DNA from: Trueperaceae bacterium
GTDB taxonomy: Bacteria; Deinococcota; Deinococci; Deinococcales; Trueperaceae
Direction of reading: 5' to 3'
Length of the DNA stretch: 64,000 nt
Assembly (NCBI GenBank): GCA_034520945.1
Contig: JAXHNB010000009.1
Span: 96,001 to 160,000, forward strand
The translations under genes and the position numbers were made by a program. The notes under the pieces were generated by a model. It was not told the DNA's origin and made no database searches. It saw only the letters and a list, made by a program, of their open reading frames with translations. Below are positions 47,038 through 56,597 of the stretch, piece after piece (position 1 is the stretch's first letter; every line of letters starts with the position of its first letter).

Positions 47038-48504
47038 ATGACCACCCCCCAAGCCGGTTCCGGACCCGTGCGCATCGCCGTCGCGCACGGCGACGGCATC
47101 GGACCCGAGATCGCGCACGCCACCCTGCAGATCCTGGAGGCGGCCGGCGCGGCGTTGGACGTGGCCGAGGTCCGCATCGGCAAGGCCGTGTACGAAGAAG
47201 GCGTGCCCGGTGGGGTCGATCCCGCCGCCTGGGAGGTGCTGCACGATCGCGGCGTCCTCCTCAAGGGGCCCATCACCACCCCCCGCGGCGGCGGGTACAA
47301 GAGCGTGAACGTGATGCTCCGCGGCAGTCTCGGGCTATTCGCCAACGTCCGGCCGGCCGTGGCCTACCACCCCTTCATCGCCACCCGGCACCCCGCGATG
47401 GACGTCCTGGTGGTCCGCGAGAACGAAGAGGACCTCTACACCGGCATCGAGCACCGCCAGAGCAGCGAGGTGGTGCAGACGCTCAAGCTGGTGTCGCGGC
47501 CCGGGTCCGAGCGGCTGATCCGCTACGCCTTCGAGATCGCCCGCGCGCAGGGCCGCACGCACGTGACCGCCATGATCAAAGACAACATCATGAAGATGAC
47601 CGACGGCCTGTTCGCGCGCGTGTTCGACGAGGTCGCCCCCGAGTACGAGGAGATCGAAGCCGACCAGATGATCATCGACATCGGCGCGGCACGCCTGGCG
47701 CACACGCCGGAGGCGTTCGACGTCGTCGTCACGCCGAACCTGTACGGCGACATCCTCAGCGACATGACCGCCCAGCTCACCGGTTCCGTGGGGCTGGCCC
47801 CCTCGGCCAACGTGGGCGAGCACGCCGCCATGTTCGAGGCGATTCACGGCTCTGCGCCCGACATCGCCGGCCGTGGCATCGCCAACCCCAGCGGCATGCT
47901 GTTGGCGGGCGTGATGATGCTGCAGCACCTCGGCCTGAGCGAGGTGGCGGAACGCGTGCACAATGCCTGGCTCACCACCATCGAGGACGGCGTGCACACC
48001 GGCGACGTGTACCAGAGCGACCTCAGCACGGACCGCGTCAACACGGTCGGGTTCACCGAGGCCGTCATCGACCGCCTGGGCCGGGAGCCGCGCCGGCTGG
48101 CCCCCGCCCGCTACGCCGGCCGGCCGACCCCCGTCATGCCGCACGCCACCCCCAGGCCGGCGGCGAACAAATCGCTGCAGGGGGTCGACGCGTTCGTCGA
48201 CTGGCGCGCGTCCGACCGCGATCCCGAGGTCCTCGCGGACCTCCTGCGCAGCCACGCGGGCCCGTTCACGCTTCGCGCCGTGACCAACCGGGGCCTCAAG
48301 GTCTGGCCCGACGCGCCGCCCCACGCCTTCGTGACCGACCACTGGCGCGCCCGTTTCGTCACCCCCGACGGCAGCTCCGTGCCGGCGGGCGAGGTCACGG
48401 CGTTGCTGACGCGACTGGTGGATGCCGGGCTGGACGTGATCAAAACGGAAAACCTGTACGCGTTCGACGGCGCGCCGGGCTACTCGGAGATCCCCGGCAT
48501 GTAG
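47038..48504 (+). CDS. icd: Isocitrate dehydrogenase (NADP-dependent, long C-terminal type)
   Basis: GDGIGPEI, KGPITTP, YKSVNV, RENEEDLY, KDNIMK, NLYGDILSD, EAIHGSAPDIAG. Confidence 0.93.
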   Translation: MTTPQAGSGPVRIAVAHGDGIGPEIAHATLQILEAAGAALDVAEVRIGKAVYEEGVPGGVDPAAWEVLHDRGVLLKGPITTPRGGGYKSVNVMLRGSLGLFANVRPAVAYHPFIATRHPAMDVLVVRENEEDLYTGIEHRQSSEVVQTLKLVSRPGSERLIRYAFEIARAQGRTHVTAMIKDNIMKMTDGLFARVFDEVAPEYEEIEADQMIIDIGAARLAHTPEAFDVVVTPNLYGDILSDMTAQLTGSVGLAPSANVGEHAAMFEAIHGSAPDIAGRGIANPSGMLLAGVMMLQHLGLSEVAERVHNAWLTTIEDGVHTGDVYQSDLSTDRVNTVGFTEAVIDRLGREPRRLAPARYAGRPTPVMPHATPRPAANKSLQGVDAFVDWRASDRDPEVLADLLRSHAGPFTLRAVTNRGLKVWPDAPPHAFVTDHWRARFVTPDGSSVPAGEVTALLTRLVDAGLDVIKTENLYAFDGAPGYSEIPGM

Positions 48505-48536
48505 GGCGCGGGGGCACGGCGCGTCGCCGCACCCGT

Positions 48537-48584
48537 TTGACGCGTCCTCGCCCTCGCCCGTACATTGGTTTAGGCATGACGAAA
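48537..48584 (+). promoter_or_regulatory. Sigma70 promoter with DtxR/MntR-like box overlapping the regulator start
   Basis: TTGACG-N18-TACATT, then imperfect palindrome TTTAGGCATGACGAAA (48569-48584). Confidence 0.55.
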
Positions 48585-49253
48585 CGCGACCCCGCACCCC
48601 CCGTCAGCGACGCGGCAGGCGACTACCTCAAAGCCGTCCTCCGGCTGAGCCGCGACGGGCCCGCCAGCACCAACGCCATCGCCCAGCACCTCGGCTTCAC
48701 GCCTGCCTCGGTGTCCGGGATGCTGGCCCGGCTGGCCGCCGCCGACCTGATCGACCACCGCCCCTACCGCGGCGCGACCCTGACCGAGCGAGGCCGCCGT
48801 GAAGCACTGCGGCTGATGCGCCGCCACCGCCTGGTCGAAACGTTCATGATCCAGCACCTCGGCTACGGCTGGGAGGAGGTTCACCACGAGGCCGAAGCGA
48901 TCGAGCACGCCATCAGCGACCGCTTCGCGGAGCGCCTAGACGCGCTGCTGGGGCATCCCAGCCACGATCCGCACGGCGACCCCATCCCCCGCCCGGACGG
49001 CACCGTGCCCGACACGCCCGACGTTCCCCTCCACGACGTCGAGGAGGGCCGCGAACTCCATGTCGCGCGCCTCCTCAGCCAGGACCGCGAACTCCTCGCC
49101 CACCTGGCCGAACTGGGGATCGCCCCCGGCGCACGGGTCCGCGTCGTGGCCCGCGAACCGCGGGGCGGCATGCTTCGCGTTCAGGTGGGCGGACTCGATC
49201 ACGCCCTGTCCCGGGACCTGGCGGCCATGGTCCGCGGGGCGGATGGTCCGTGA
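48576..49253 (+). CDS. DtxR/MntR-family metal-dependent repressor with FeoA/SH3 domain
   Basis: DYLKAV, ASVSGML, LTERG, RRHRLVE, EAEAIEH, DPHGDPIP. Confidence 0.93.
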   Translation: MTKRDPAPPVSDAAGDYLKAVLRLSRDGPASTNAIAQHLGFTPASVSGMLARLAAADLIDHRPYRGATLTERGRREALRLMRRHRLVETFMIQHLGYGWEEVHHEAEAIEHAISDRFAERLDALLGHPSHDPHGDPIPRPDGTVPDTPDVPLHDVEEGRELHVARLLSQDRELLAHLAELGIAPGARVRVVAREPRGGMLRVQVGGLDHALSRDLAAMVRGADGP

Positions 49254-50056
49254 CCGGCCTGGAGGCGTGGGTCGTCGCGACCTTCGGCGAGCATCCGGTC
49301 CTGCTGGGGCTTCTGGCCGGCATCGTGATCGCGACCATGAACCTGGTGGGGGCGTTGGCGATCGTTCCCTGGCGCGACCCCAGCGCCCGTCAGCTGGACG
49401 GAGCGCTCGGCTTCGCCGCGGGCGTCATGATCTCGGCCAGCTTCACCAGCCTGATCCTGCCCGGCATCGAAACCGGTGGGCTGTGGCCGGTGGTGGGCGG
49501 CCTGGCGTTGGGGGTCCTGGCGCTGGACCGGGCCGACGCCTGGGTGCCGCACGTGCACGTGCTGGTGACCGGTCGGCGCCGCGCCGACGCCGCCGAGGGG
49601 GGCAGCGGCGCGGTCACCTCCGTGATCCTGTTCATCGTTGCGATCACGCTGCACAACATGCCCGAGGGCCTGGCCGTCGGCGTCGGCTTCGGCTCGGGAC
49701 ACGTCCGCGACGGCCTGACGCTGATGACCGCCATCGGGCTGCAGAACGTTCCCGAGGGACTCGCCGTGGCGGTCGCGGCCCGCAACGCCGGCATGGGCGG
49801 CTTGTGGTACGCCGCCTTCGTCGGGGCTCGCGCCGGGGCGGTCGAGATTCCCCTGGCCGTGTTGGGCGCCTGGGCCGTGACCTTCGCCGCGCCTTTGCTT
49901 CCCTGGGCGATGGGCTTCGCGGCGGGCGGCATGCTGTACGTGATCAGCGACGAGATCATCCCCGAAACGCACGGGCGCGGGCACGAACGCGTGGCCACGC
50001 TGGGAACGATGCTGGGGCTCGTGGTGATGCTGGTGCTGGACGTGACGTTGGCGTGA
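49250..50056 (+). CDS. ZIP-family metal transporter (ZupT/GufA-like)
   Basis: GFAAGVM, LHNMPEGLAVG, LQNVPEG, AAGGMLYVISDEIIPE. Confidence 0.93.
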   Translation: MTGLEAWVVATFGEHPVLLGLLAGIVIATMNLVGALAIVPWRDPSARQLDGALGFAAGVMISASFTSLILPGIETGGLWPVVGGLALGVLALDRADAWVPHVHVLVTGRRRADAAEGGSGAVTSVILFIVAITLHNMPEGLAVGVGFGSGHVRDGLTLMTAIGLQNVPEGLAVAVAARNAGMGGLWYAAFVGARAGAVEIPLAVLGAWAVTFAAPLLPWAMGFAAGGMLYVISDEIIPETHGRGHERVATLGTMLGLVVMLVLDVTLA

Positions 50057-50129
50057 GGGGCGACGCGCCTTGCCGCCCACCGTCGCGTATCCGACCGACA
50101 CGGGGGCACCGACCCGTCACCATCGAGGC

Positions 50130-50990
50130 ATGATCGTTTTGCACGAGCCATCTCCCGCGCCACGACGCACCGCGCGTGTGGCGCGCCGTCCCCGACGCGT
50201 CCCCGCGCTGCTCTTCGCCACGATGTCGACCGTCGCCCTCTGGGCCGCCGGCTGGGCCACCGCCCAAGACATGCCCGAGGTACATGCCTTGGAGCCCTTC
50301 GTGGAGGGCGAGATCGAGATCGGCACCCTGCAGTCCACCCACGCCGTGCTGCCGTTCACGACCACCCTCGACCTGGCCTGCGTGCTGGTGTTCGGAACCG
50401 ACGATTCGTTCGGGCGGCTCGCCTTGGATCAAAACATGGGCGGCGCCGCGCACCGCGACCACCGCATCGTTCTAAGCGACCTGGAGCCGGACACCCGCTA
50501 CCGCTTCCGGTTGCAGGGCAGCGCGCCGGACGGGCGCCTGTTCGCCTCGCGAACCTATTCGTTCCGCACCCCCGTCGCGGAGACGTCGGACCGTTTCGGG
50601 CCTCGCCTCGAGGATCTCCGCGTGGAAGGCGTCAGCAGCCAGTACTCGGACGCCTTCGCGGCCGCTAACGCCGTCGACGGCGACGGCGCCAGCGAGTGGT
50701 CCTCCGCCGGCGACGGCAATGAAGCCTGGATCGAACTGGCGCTTCCCGGCGCCACCGAACTGTCGGGCGTAGGGGTGTGGACCCGGACCATGAGCGCCAG
50801 CGCCCGCATCGAGCGATTCGAGATCCGCACGGACGACGGACGGCGCTTCGGTCCCTTCGAGCTTCCGAACGCCGACGGTCTGCACCGCTTCGAGGTGCCG
50901 GCCACCGCGTCGTCGCTGCGTTTGGAAGTCCTGTCCTCCACCGGCGGCAACACCGGCTTGGTGGAGTTCGAGGCGTACGCCGCGCCATAG
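50130..50990 (+). CDS. Secreted protein, FN3-like + discoidin (F5/8 type C) domains
   Basis: Signal-like ATAQ; HRIVLSDLEPDTRYRFR...SFRTP FN3-like; SSQYS..AANAVDGD...WSS...WIELAL discoidin; start uncertain. Confidence 0.7.
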   Translation: MIVLHEPSPAPRRTARVARRPRRVPALLFATMSTVALWAAGWATAQDMPEVHALEPFVEGEIEIGTLQSTHAVLPFTTTLDLACVLVFGTDDSFGRLALDQNMGGAAHRDHRIVLSDLEPDTRYRFRLQGSAPDGRLFASRTYSFRTPVAETSDRFGPRLEDLRVEGVSSQYSDAFAAANAVDGDGASEWSSAGDGNEAWIELALPGATELSGVGVWTRTMSASARIERFEIRTDDGRRFGPFELPNADGLHRFEVPATASSLRLEVLSSTGGNTGLVEFEAYAAP

Positions 50991-51071
50991 GCCGCCGACG
51001 CCCGCCTGCCGCAGGCACGACGCGTGGCCGGTGACGCCCTTCGGCGGAGCGGCCGGGCGTACGCTCTCCCC

Positions 51072-51950
51072 ATGGCTTCCTCGCGCCGCGGACCCCAAGG
51101 GCTGGCCGCCCTCGCCACCTTGTTGCGCAGCCACAAGACGCTGGTCCTGTCGGGGGCGGGCATCAGCACCGATTCGGGAATCCCCGACTATCGCGGCTCG
51201 ACGCGGCGACCGCGGCAGCCCATGCGGTATCAGACGTTCGTCCGCGACGCGCGCGCCCGCCAGCGCTACTGGGCACGCAGCGTCGTCGGGTGGCCGCTGA
51301 CCGCCCGGGCGCGCCCCAACCCCGCGCACGATGCCCTGGCACGCCTGGAGCGTCGCGCCAACGTACGGGGCGTGCTGACGCAGAACGTCGACGGCCTCCA
51401 CCAGCGGTCCGGCAGCCGCCACGTGCTGGAGCTTCACGGCAGCCTGGCCACCGTCGTGTGCCTGTCCTGCGGCGCAAGGAGCGGTCGTGACCGGCTCCAA
51501 GAACGCCTGCACGCCCTCAACCCCCACTTCGCCGCCCAGGCACCCGGCATCGCACCCGACGGCGACGTCGACATCGCCGAGGCATGGACGCAGCGCTTCG
51601 CGGTGCCCGCCTGCCGGAGGTGCGGCGGGATCCTGAAGCCGGACGTGGTGTTCTTCGGCGAGAACGTGCCCAAGGACCGCGTCGCGCGGGGCTGGGCCAT
51701 GGTCGACGCCGCCGAGGCGCTCCTGGTCGTCGGTTCGTCGTTGACGGTGTTCAGCGGCTACCGCTTCGTGCGGCGCGCCCGCCAGCGCGGCGTGCCCATC
51801 GCGATCGTCAACGACGGCCCCACCCGGGGCGACGATGACGCGACCCTACGATTGCACGCGCGCCTGGGCGAGGTGCTGCCACGCCTGGCCGACGCCCGCG
51901 AGGCCACGAGACACGCCGTGCATATGGCCGCCTGGACGGGTGCCTCGTGA
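51072..51950 (+). CDS. cobB: NAD-dependent protein deacylase (Sir2/CobB family)
   Basis: GAGISTDSGIPDYRG, TQNVDGLH, LHG, two CxxC zinc motifs, KPDVVFFGE, GSSL. Confidence 0.93.
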   Translation: MASSRRGPQGLAALATLLRSHKTLVLSGAGISTDSGIPDYRGSTRRPRQPMRYQTFVRDARARQRYWARSVVGWPLTARARPNPAHDALARLERRANVRGVLTQNVDGLHQRSGSRHVLELHGSLATVVCLSCGARSGRDRLQERLHALNPHFAAQAPGIAPDGDVDIAEAWTQRFAVPACRRCGGILKPDVVFFGENVPKDRVARGWAMVDAAEALLVVGSSLTVFSGYRFVRRARQRGVPIAIVNDGPTRGDDDATLRLHARLGEVLPRLADAREATRHAVHMAAWTGAS

Positions 51951-52684
51951 AGGACGCCGCGGCGTCCCAAGCTAGCACGCGCGTGCCGGGCGTGCCCGTC
52001 CGCGCGTTGCTGTTCGACCTGGACGGCACCCTGGTGCACACCGACCCGGTGCACTTCCACGCCTGGCGCGAGATGCTGGCAGCGCACGGCGTACCCATCG
52101 ACGAAGCAGGCTACGCCCGCCGCGTGTCCGGGCGGCACAATCCCGAGATCATTGCCGACCTGCTCCCGCACCTGGGCACCGAGGACGCCCTGGCCTTCGC
52201 CGACGCCAAGGAGGCGCGCTTCCGCGCCCTCGCGACGGGGCTCACCCCCCTGCCCGGAACGAGGGCGTTGCTGCGGGCGGCGCGCGCCGCGGGCCTGCGC
52301 ACGGCCGTGGTCACCAATGCGCCCCGCGTCAATGCCGTGTTCATGCTCGAAGCGTTGGGCCTGGCGGAGGCGTTCGACGCGGTCGGAGCCGCCGAGGACG
52401 CCAGCGCCGCCAAGCCGGATGCGGCCCCCTATCGCGAGATGCTGGCGCGGTTGGAGGTGGCGCCAGACGCGGCCTGGGCGTTCGAGGACTCGCCCAGCGG
52501 CGTCCGTTCGGCACGGGGCGCAGGCGTACGGGTGGTCGGCCTCGCCACGACCCAGAGCGCCGACGAGCTGACCCGTCACGGCGCCGCACTCGTCGTGAAC
52601 GACTTCACGGATACGGGCTTGTGGGAGGGTCCGCTGCGGTTCCTGGCGGCCGGGCGCCGCGGAGCGAACCCCGTAGGGGATTGA
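51947..52684 (+). CDS. HAD-superfamily phosphatase (beta-PGM-like)
   Basis: FDLDGTLV, VTNA, KPDAAPY, FEDSPSG. Confidence 0.92.
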   Translation: MKDAAASQASTRVPGVPVRALLFDLDGTLVHTDPVHFHAWREMLAAHGVPIDEAGYARRVSGRHNPEIIADLLPHLGTEDALAFADAKEARFRALATGLTPLPGTRALLRAARAAGLRTAVVTNAPRVNAVFMLEALGLAEAFDAVGAAEDASAAKPDAAPYREMLARLEVAPDAAWAFEDSPSGVRSARGAGVRVVGLATTQSADELTRHGAALVVNDFTDTGLWEGPLRFLAAGRRGANPVGD

Positions 52685-52733
52685 GCCGCGGGTCGCGTAC
52701 CGCGTGCCCTACGCGCCTTCCGTCAAACCGGCG

Positions 52734-53462
52734 TCACGGTTCGATCAGGTCGTCCTCGGCGTCCCGGTCCTCCACCGTGAACGCCTCGAGCGCCGGCATG
52801 TGAAGCCGGTACCGCCCTCGCGTACCCGTCAGCAGACCGTGATGCCGCAGCTCGGCGACGGCGGTCGAGACGGACACCCGCGTGGCGCTCACCAGCGAAG
52901 CGATCTCCTCGTGGCGGAGCTCCGTCTCGAGGTCGGTCCAGTCCGGGTCGCCGTCGACGCGCCCGCCGAAGCGGCGGGCTTGGTCCAGCAGGACCTCCGC
53001 CACACGGACCTTGATGGGGGCGTAGCTGCCGGCCAGCTGGTCGCGACAGCGGAACAGGCCGTCCGCCAACGTCTCGGCGAACGCGAGGGTGAAGCCGGGC
53101 GACTGCAGGTTGAGTTGCTTGAACTGCGCGCGCGACATGGGACAGGTGACGACCTTTCCCAACGCCACCGCGTCGGCACGGTAGTACGCTTCGTCGTGGA
53201 GGAACGCTTCGCCGACGATGTCGTCGGGGCCCAGGATGGCCAGGATGCGTTCGCGGCCGTCGGGGGTGAGGCGGACCAGCTTGACGCGGCCCTCGGCGAT
53301 CACGTGAAGCTCCTCGGCAGAGTCGCCTTCGTGGAACAGCGTGTCGTCCTTCGAGAACGTCTTGGCGGGGCACACCTTCAGGAAGGTGCGCCGCTCCTGG
53401 TCGCTGAGCCGGGCGGTGAGGTTGCTCTGCGGAATGAACCACGGGCGTGCGTCCGAAGCCAT
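52734..53462 (-). CDS. Crp/Fnr-family transcriptional regulator
   Basis: LFHEGD, GRVKLVRLTPDGRE, GE; HTH HEEIASLVSATRVSVS. Confidence 0.9.
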   Translation of the reverse strand: MASDARPWFIPQSNLTARLSDQERRTFLKVCPAKTFSKDDTLFHEGDSAEELHVIAEGRVKLVRLTPDGRERILAILGPDDIVGEAFLHDEAYYRADAVALGKVVTCPMSRAQFKQLNLQSPGFTLAFAETLADGLFRCRDQLAGSYAPIKVRVAEVLLDQARRFGGRVDGDPDWTDLETELRHEEIASLVSATRVSVSTAVAELRHHGLLTGTRGRYRLHMPALEAFTVEDRDAEDDLIEP

Positions 53463-53562
53463 GCCCCCATGGTACGCGCTGGCGAAGCGCCCGGGCGTGC
53501 GGACGATTGCGACACCGGCACGCCGGGACGCGCCGGTGTCCGCAGGTGGGCGGTGCGTGCGC

Positions 53563-53616
53563 TTGACACGGGGGCCCGCCCCGAATACCATTCCCTCATG
53601 TTTAGCCGCGCCACAA
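53563..53616 (+). promoter_or_regulatory. Leaderless sigma70 promoter of the tro operon with DtxR/MntR-like half-site
   Basis: TTGACA-N17-TACCAT-N6-ATG(53598), followed by TTTAGCCGCGCCACAA. Confidence 0.6.
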
Positions 53617-54635
53617 AATTCTCCGAGGGAGTCCGCAACCGCGCGGCGCGTCGCGCCCCGGCCGGGATCCTGGCCGCAGCGATCGCCGCCGTGGCCCTCC
53701 TGCCAGGGGCCGCGTCCGCCCAGAAGGCTCCGGTTCGGGTCCTGGCCACCGTCGGCATGATCGCCGATGTCGCCGAGAACGTCGGCGGCGCGTGCGTGGA
53801 GGTCACGCAGCTGATGGGCCCGGGCGTGGACCCGCACCTCTACCAGGCCAGCGCCCGGGACGTGCGGGCGTTCCGTGACGCCGAACTGATCCTGTACGCC
53901 GGCTACTCCCTGGAAGGACAGCTCGGCGCCGTGCTGGAGCGGTTCTCGGACCAGAAGCCGACGCTGGCGGTCGCGCCCGCCTCGATCACCCCCGACGAGC
54001 TGATCACCACGCAGGACGTCTACGGCATCGACCCGCACCTGTGGATGGACGCGTCGCTATGGTCGCGCATCGCGCCGAGCATCGCCGGCGCCGTGGCCGA
54101 GCTGGCCCCCGACTGCGCCGACGCCATGCACGCGAACGCCGACGCCTACGTAGCGCGGCTGCAGGCGCTCCACGACTGGGCGGGCGACGCGCTGGCCACG
54201 ATCCCCGAGGGGCAACGCCTGATGGTCACCGCCCACGACGCCTTCGCGTACTTCGGCCGCGCCTACGCCCTCGAGGTGGCGGGCATTCAAGGCATCAGCA
54301 CCGAATCGGAGGCCGGGGTGGCCGACATCCGCGAGATGGCCCGTCTGGTGGCCGAACGCGACGTCCCCGCCATCTTCATCGAGACCACCATCAACCCGCG
54401 CACCATCCAGGCGGTCATCGACGCCGCCCGGGACCGCGGCCACCAGATCCAGATCGGCGCCGAGTTGTACTCCGACGCCATGGGCGAGCCCGGCACCGCC
54501 GCCGGCACCTACATCGGGATGATCTACGAGAACACTGTGAACGTCACCCGCGAGCTGGGGGGCGACCCGCCGCCGCTTCCGCCCGAGCTGCAGGCGTGGG
54601 CCGAGCGCTGGAACGTCGCCTCCGAGGGCGAATGA
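53598..54635 (+). CDS. troA: Mn/Zn/Fe ABC transporter substrate-binding protein (TroA-like)
   Basis: [29 protein letters not shown]. Confidence 0.92.
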   Translation: MFSRATKFSEGVRNRAARRAPAGILAAAIAAVALLPGAASAQKAPVRVLATVGMIADVAENVGGACVEVTQLMGPGVDPHLYQASARDVRAFRDAELILYAGYSLEGQLGAVLERFSDQKPTLAVAPASITPDELITTQDVYGIDPHLWMDASLWSRIAPSIAGAVAELAPDCADAMHANADAYVARLQALHDWAGDALATIPEGQRLMVTAHDAFAYFGRAYALEVAGIQGISTESEAGVADIREMARLVAERDVPAIFIETTINPRTIQAVIDAARDRGHQIQIGAELYSDAMGEPGTAAGTYIGMIYENTVNVTRELGGDPPPLPPELQAWAERWNVASEGE

Positions 54636-55432
54636 GCGAGAATCTTCACGAACCCCGCCTGGCGGTGCACGTCGAGGATCTCACCGTCAGCTACCACCAC
54701 ACGCCGGTGCTGTGGGACATCGACCTCGACGTCCCCCCCGGCGTGCTGGCCGCGATCGTCGGACCCAACGGCGCCGGCAAGAGCACCCTGATCAAGACCA
54801 TCCTGGGCCTCGTCCGCCCGACCGCGGGGCACGTCTACATTCACGGCAAGTCGTACCGCGAGCAGCGCACCCGCGTCGGCTATGTCCCCCAACGCTCCTC
54901 GGTCGACTGGGACTTCCCCACCACCGCCCTCGACGTGGTCACCATGGGCCTCTACGGCCGCCTGGGGTGGTTCCGCCGCCCCGGCCGCACCGACATCGCG
55001 CGGGCCCGCCACGCCCTGGCACAGGTGGGGATCGAGGACTACGCCGACCGTCAGATCAGCCAGCTGTCGGGCGGACAGCAGCAGCGCGTCTTCCTGGCCC
55101 GCGCCCTGGTGCAGGAGGCGGACGTGTACTTCCTCGACGAGCCGATGGCCGGCGTCGACGCCACCACCGAACGCGCCATCGTCGACATCCTGGGCGACCT
55201 GCGCGATGAGGGGAAGACGGTCATCGTCGTCCACCACGACTTGCAGACCGTGACCAGCTACTTCGATTGGCTGTTGTTGCTCAACGTGCGCACCATCGCG
55301 CAGGGGCCCGTCCGGGAGGTGTACACCGCCGACAACCTGCGGGCCGCCTACGGCGGCCAGATCGCGCTTCTCCAGAACGGCGCCCCGGCGGAGGCCCCGC
55401 CGGCCGCGCCCACCACGCCGGGGCGGGATTGA
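54632..55432 (+). CDS. troB: Metal ABC transporter ATP-binding protein
   Basis: [31 protein letters not shown]. Confidence 0.93.
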   Translation: MSENLHEPRLAVHVEDLTVSYHHTPVLWDIDLDVPPGVLAAIVGPNGAGKSTLIKTILGLVRPTAGHVYIHGKSYREQRTRVGYVPQRSSVDWDFPTTALDVVTMGLYGRLGWFRRPGRTDIARARHALAQVGIEDYADRQISQLSGGQQQRVFLARALVQEADVYFLDEPMAGVDATTERAIVDILGDLRDEGKTVIVVHHDLQTVTSYFDWLLLLNVRTIAQGPVREVYTADNLRAAYGGQIALLQNGAPAEAPPAAPTTPGRD

Positions 55433-56586
55433 TGGACGGGCTCTTCGCGCTGCTGGGCGACTACACCGTCCAGAACGTCGTCATCGGCGCCGCCCTGCTG
55501 GGCGTCAGCAGCGGCGTGCTGGGCACGTACGCCGTCCTGCGCGAGCAGAGCCTGCTGGGCGACACCCTGTCGCACGCCGCCCTCCCCGGCGTCTGCCTCG
55601 GGTTCATCGTGGCCGGCGGGCGCCACCTGGGCAGCATCCTCGCCGGCGCGCTGGTGACCGGCGCCGCGGCAGCGCTGCTGATGCTGCTGCTGACGCGGCG
55701 CAGCCGGCTCAAGACCGACGCGGCGCTGGGGATCTCGCTGAGCGTGTTCTTCGCGCTGGGCGTGGTCCTGCTGACCTACATCCAGGGCACGCGCGACGCG
55801 TCGCAGGGCGGCCTCGACGCCTTCTTGTTCGGTCAGGCCGCCGCCACCCTGCGCAGCGACCTGTGGGTGATGGGCACGCTGACGCTCCTCGCGCTGGCGC
55901 TGGTCGCGGCGCTGTGGAAGGAGTTCGAGCTGGTCACCTTCGACCCCGTGTTCGCCGGCTCGCTGGGGCTCCCCGTCCGGGCCCTAGAGACCGTGCTGAC
56001 GCTGATGATCGCGCTGGCCATCGTCATCGGGCTACAGATGGTGGGCGTGGTGCTGATGGCGTCGATGGTGATCGCGCCGGCCGTGGCGGCCCGGCAGTGG
56101 AGCCGGCGCCTGGGGCAGATGGTGGTCCTGGCGGCCGTCTTCGGGGCCGCGGGCGGCGTGGCGGGCGCCCTGGCCAGCGCCAGCGGGCGCAACCTGGCGA
56201 CGGGTCCGTTGGTGGTGCTGGCCATCTCGGTCCTGGTGGCGGTGTCGCTGCTGGTGGCCCCACGACGGGGCCTGCTCTGGGAGGCGGTTCGGCGGCGGCG
56301 GAACCGCCTGCAGCTGCGCGGCCAGCGGGTCCTCGCCACCCTCTACCGCCTGTCCGGACACCACGACGACCCGCGCTACCCCGTCGAGCAGGGGATGGTG
56401 AACGCCTACTTCGGGCTGGCCACCGACGGCATCCTGGCCCGCCTGGAGGCCCACGGCCTGGTCCGCCGCGTGCCGCACCTGCCCGAAGAGGGGATTCACT
56501 GGGAACTGACCGAAGCCGGCCGGCGCGAGGCCGAACGCATGCAGGACGGCCTTGGACGCGAGGACGACGGGCGGCCGGCACATTGA
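55432..56586 (+). CDS. troC: Metal ABC transporter permease with C-terminal wHTH-like tail
   Basis: LLGDTLSHAALPG, FLFG, FDP; tail ...LEAHGLV...WELTEAGRREAE. Confidence 0.88.
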   Translation: MDGLFALLGDYTVQNVVIGAALLGVSSGVLGTYAVLREQSLLGDTLSHAALPGVCLGFIVAGGRHLGSILAGALVTGAAAALLMLLLTRRSRLKTDAALGISLSVFFALGVVLLTYIQGTRDASQGGLDAFLFGQAAATLRSDLWVMGTLTLLALALVAALWKEFELVTFDPVFAGSLGLPVRALETVLTLMIALAIVIGLQMVGVVLMASMVIAPAVAARQWSRRLGQMVVLAAVFGAAGGVAGALASASGRNLATGPLVVLAISVLVAVSLLVAPRRGLLWEAVRRRRNRLQLRGQRVLATLYRLSGHHDDPRYPVEQGMVNAYFGLATDGILARLEAHGLVRRVPHLPEEGIHWELTEAGRREAERMQDGLGREDDGRPAH

Positions 56587-56597
56587 TCGCCGCCGCG

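Noticed and set aside
51072..51950. Sir2 gene as an anti-phage (Thoeris/DSR) effector
   Set aside because: It has the zinc-binding CxxC pairs and the size of a housekeeping CobB-type deacylase; no defence partners nearby
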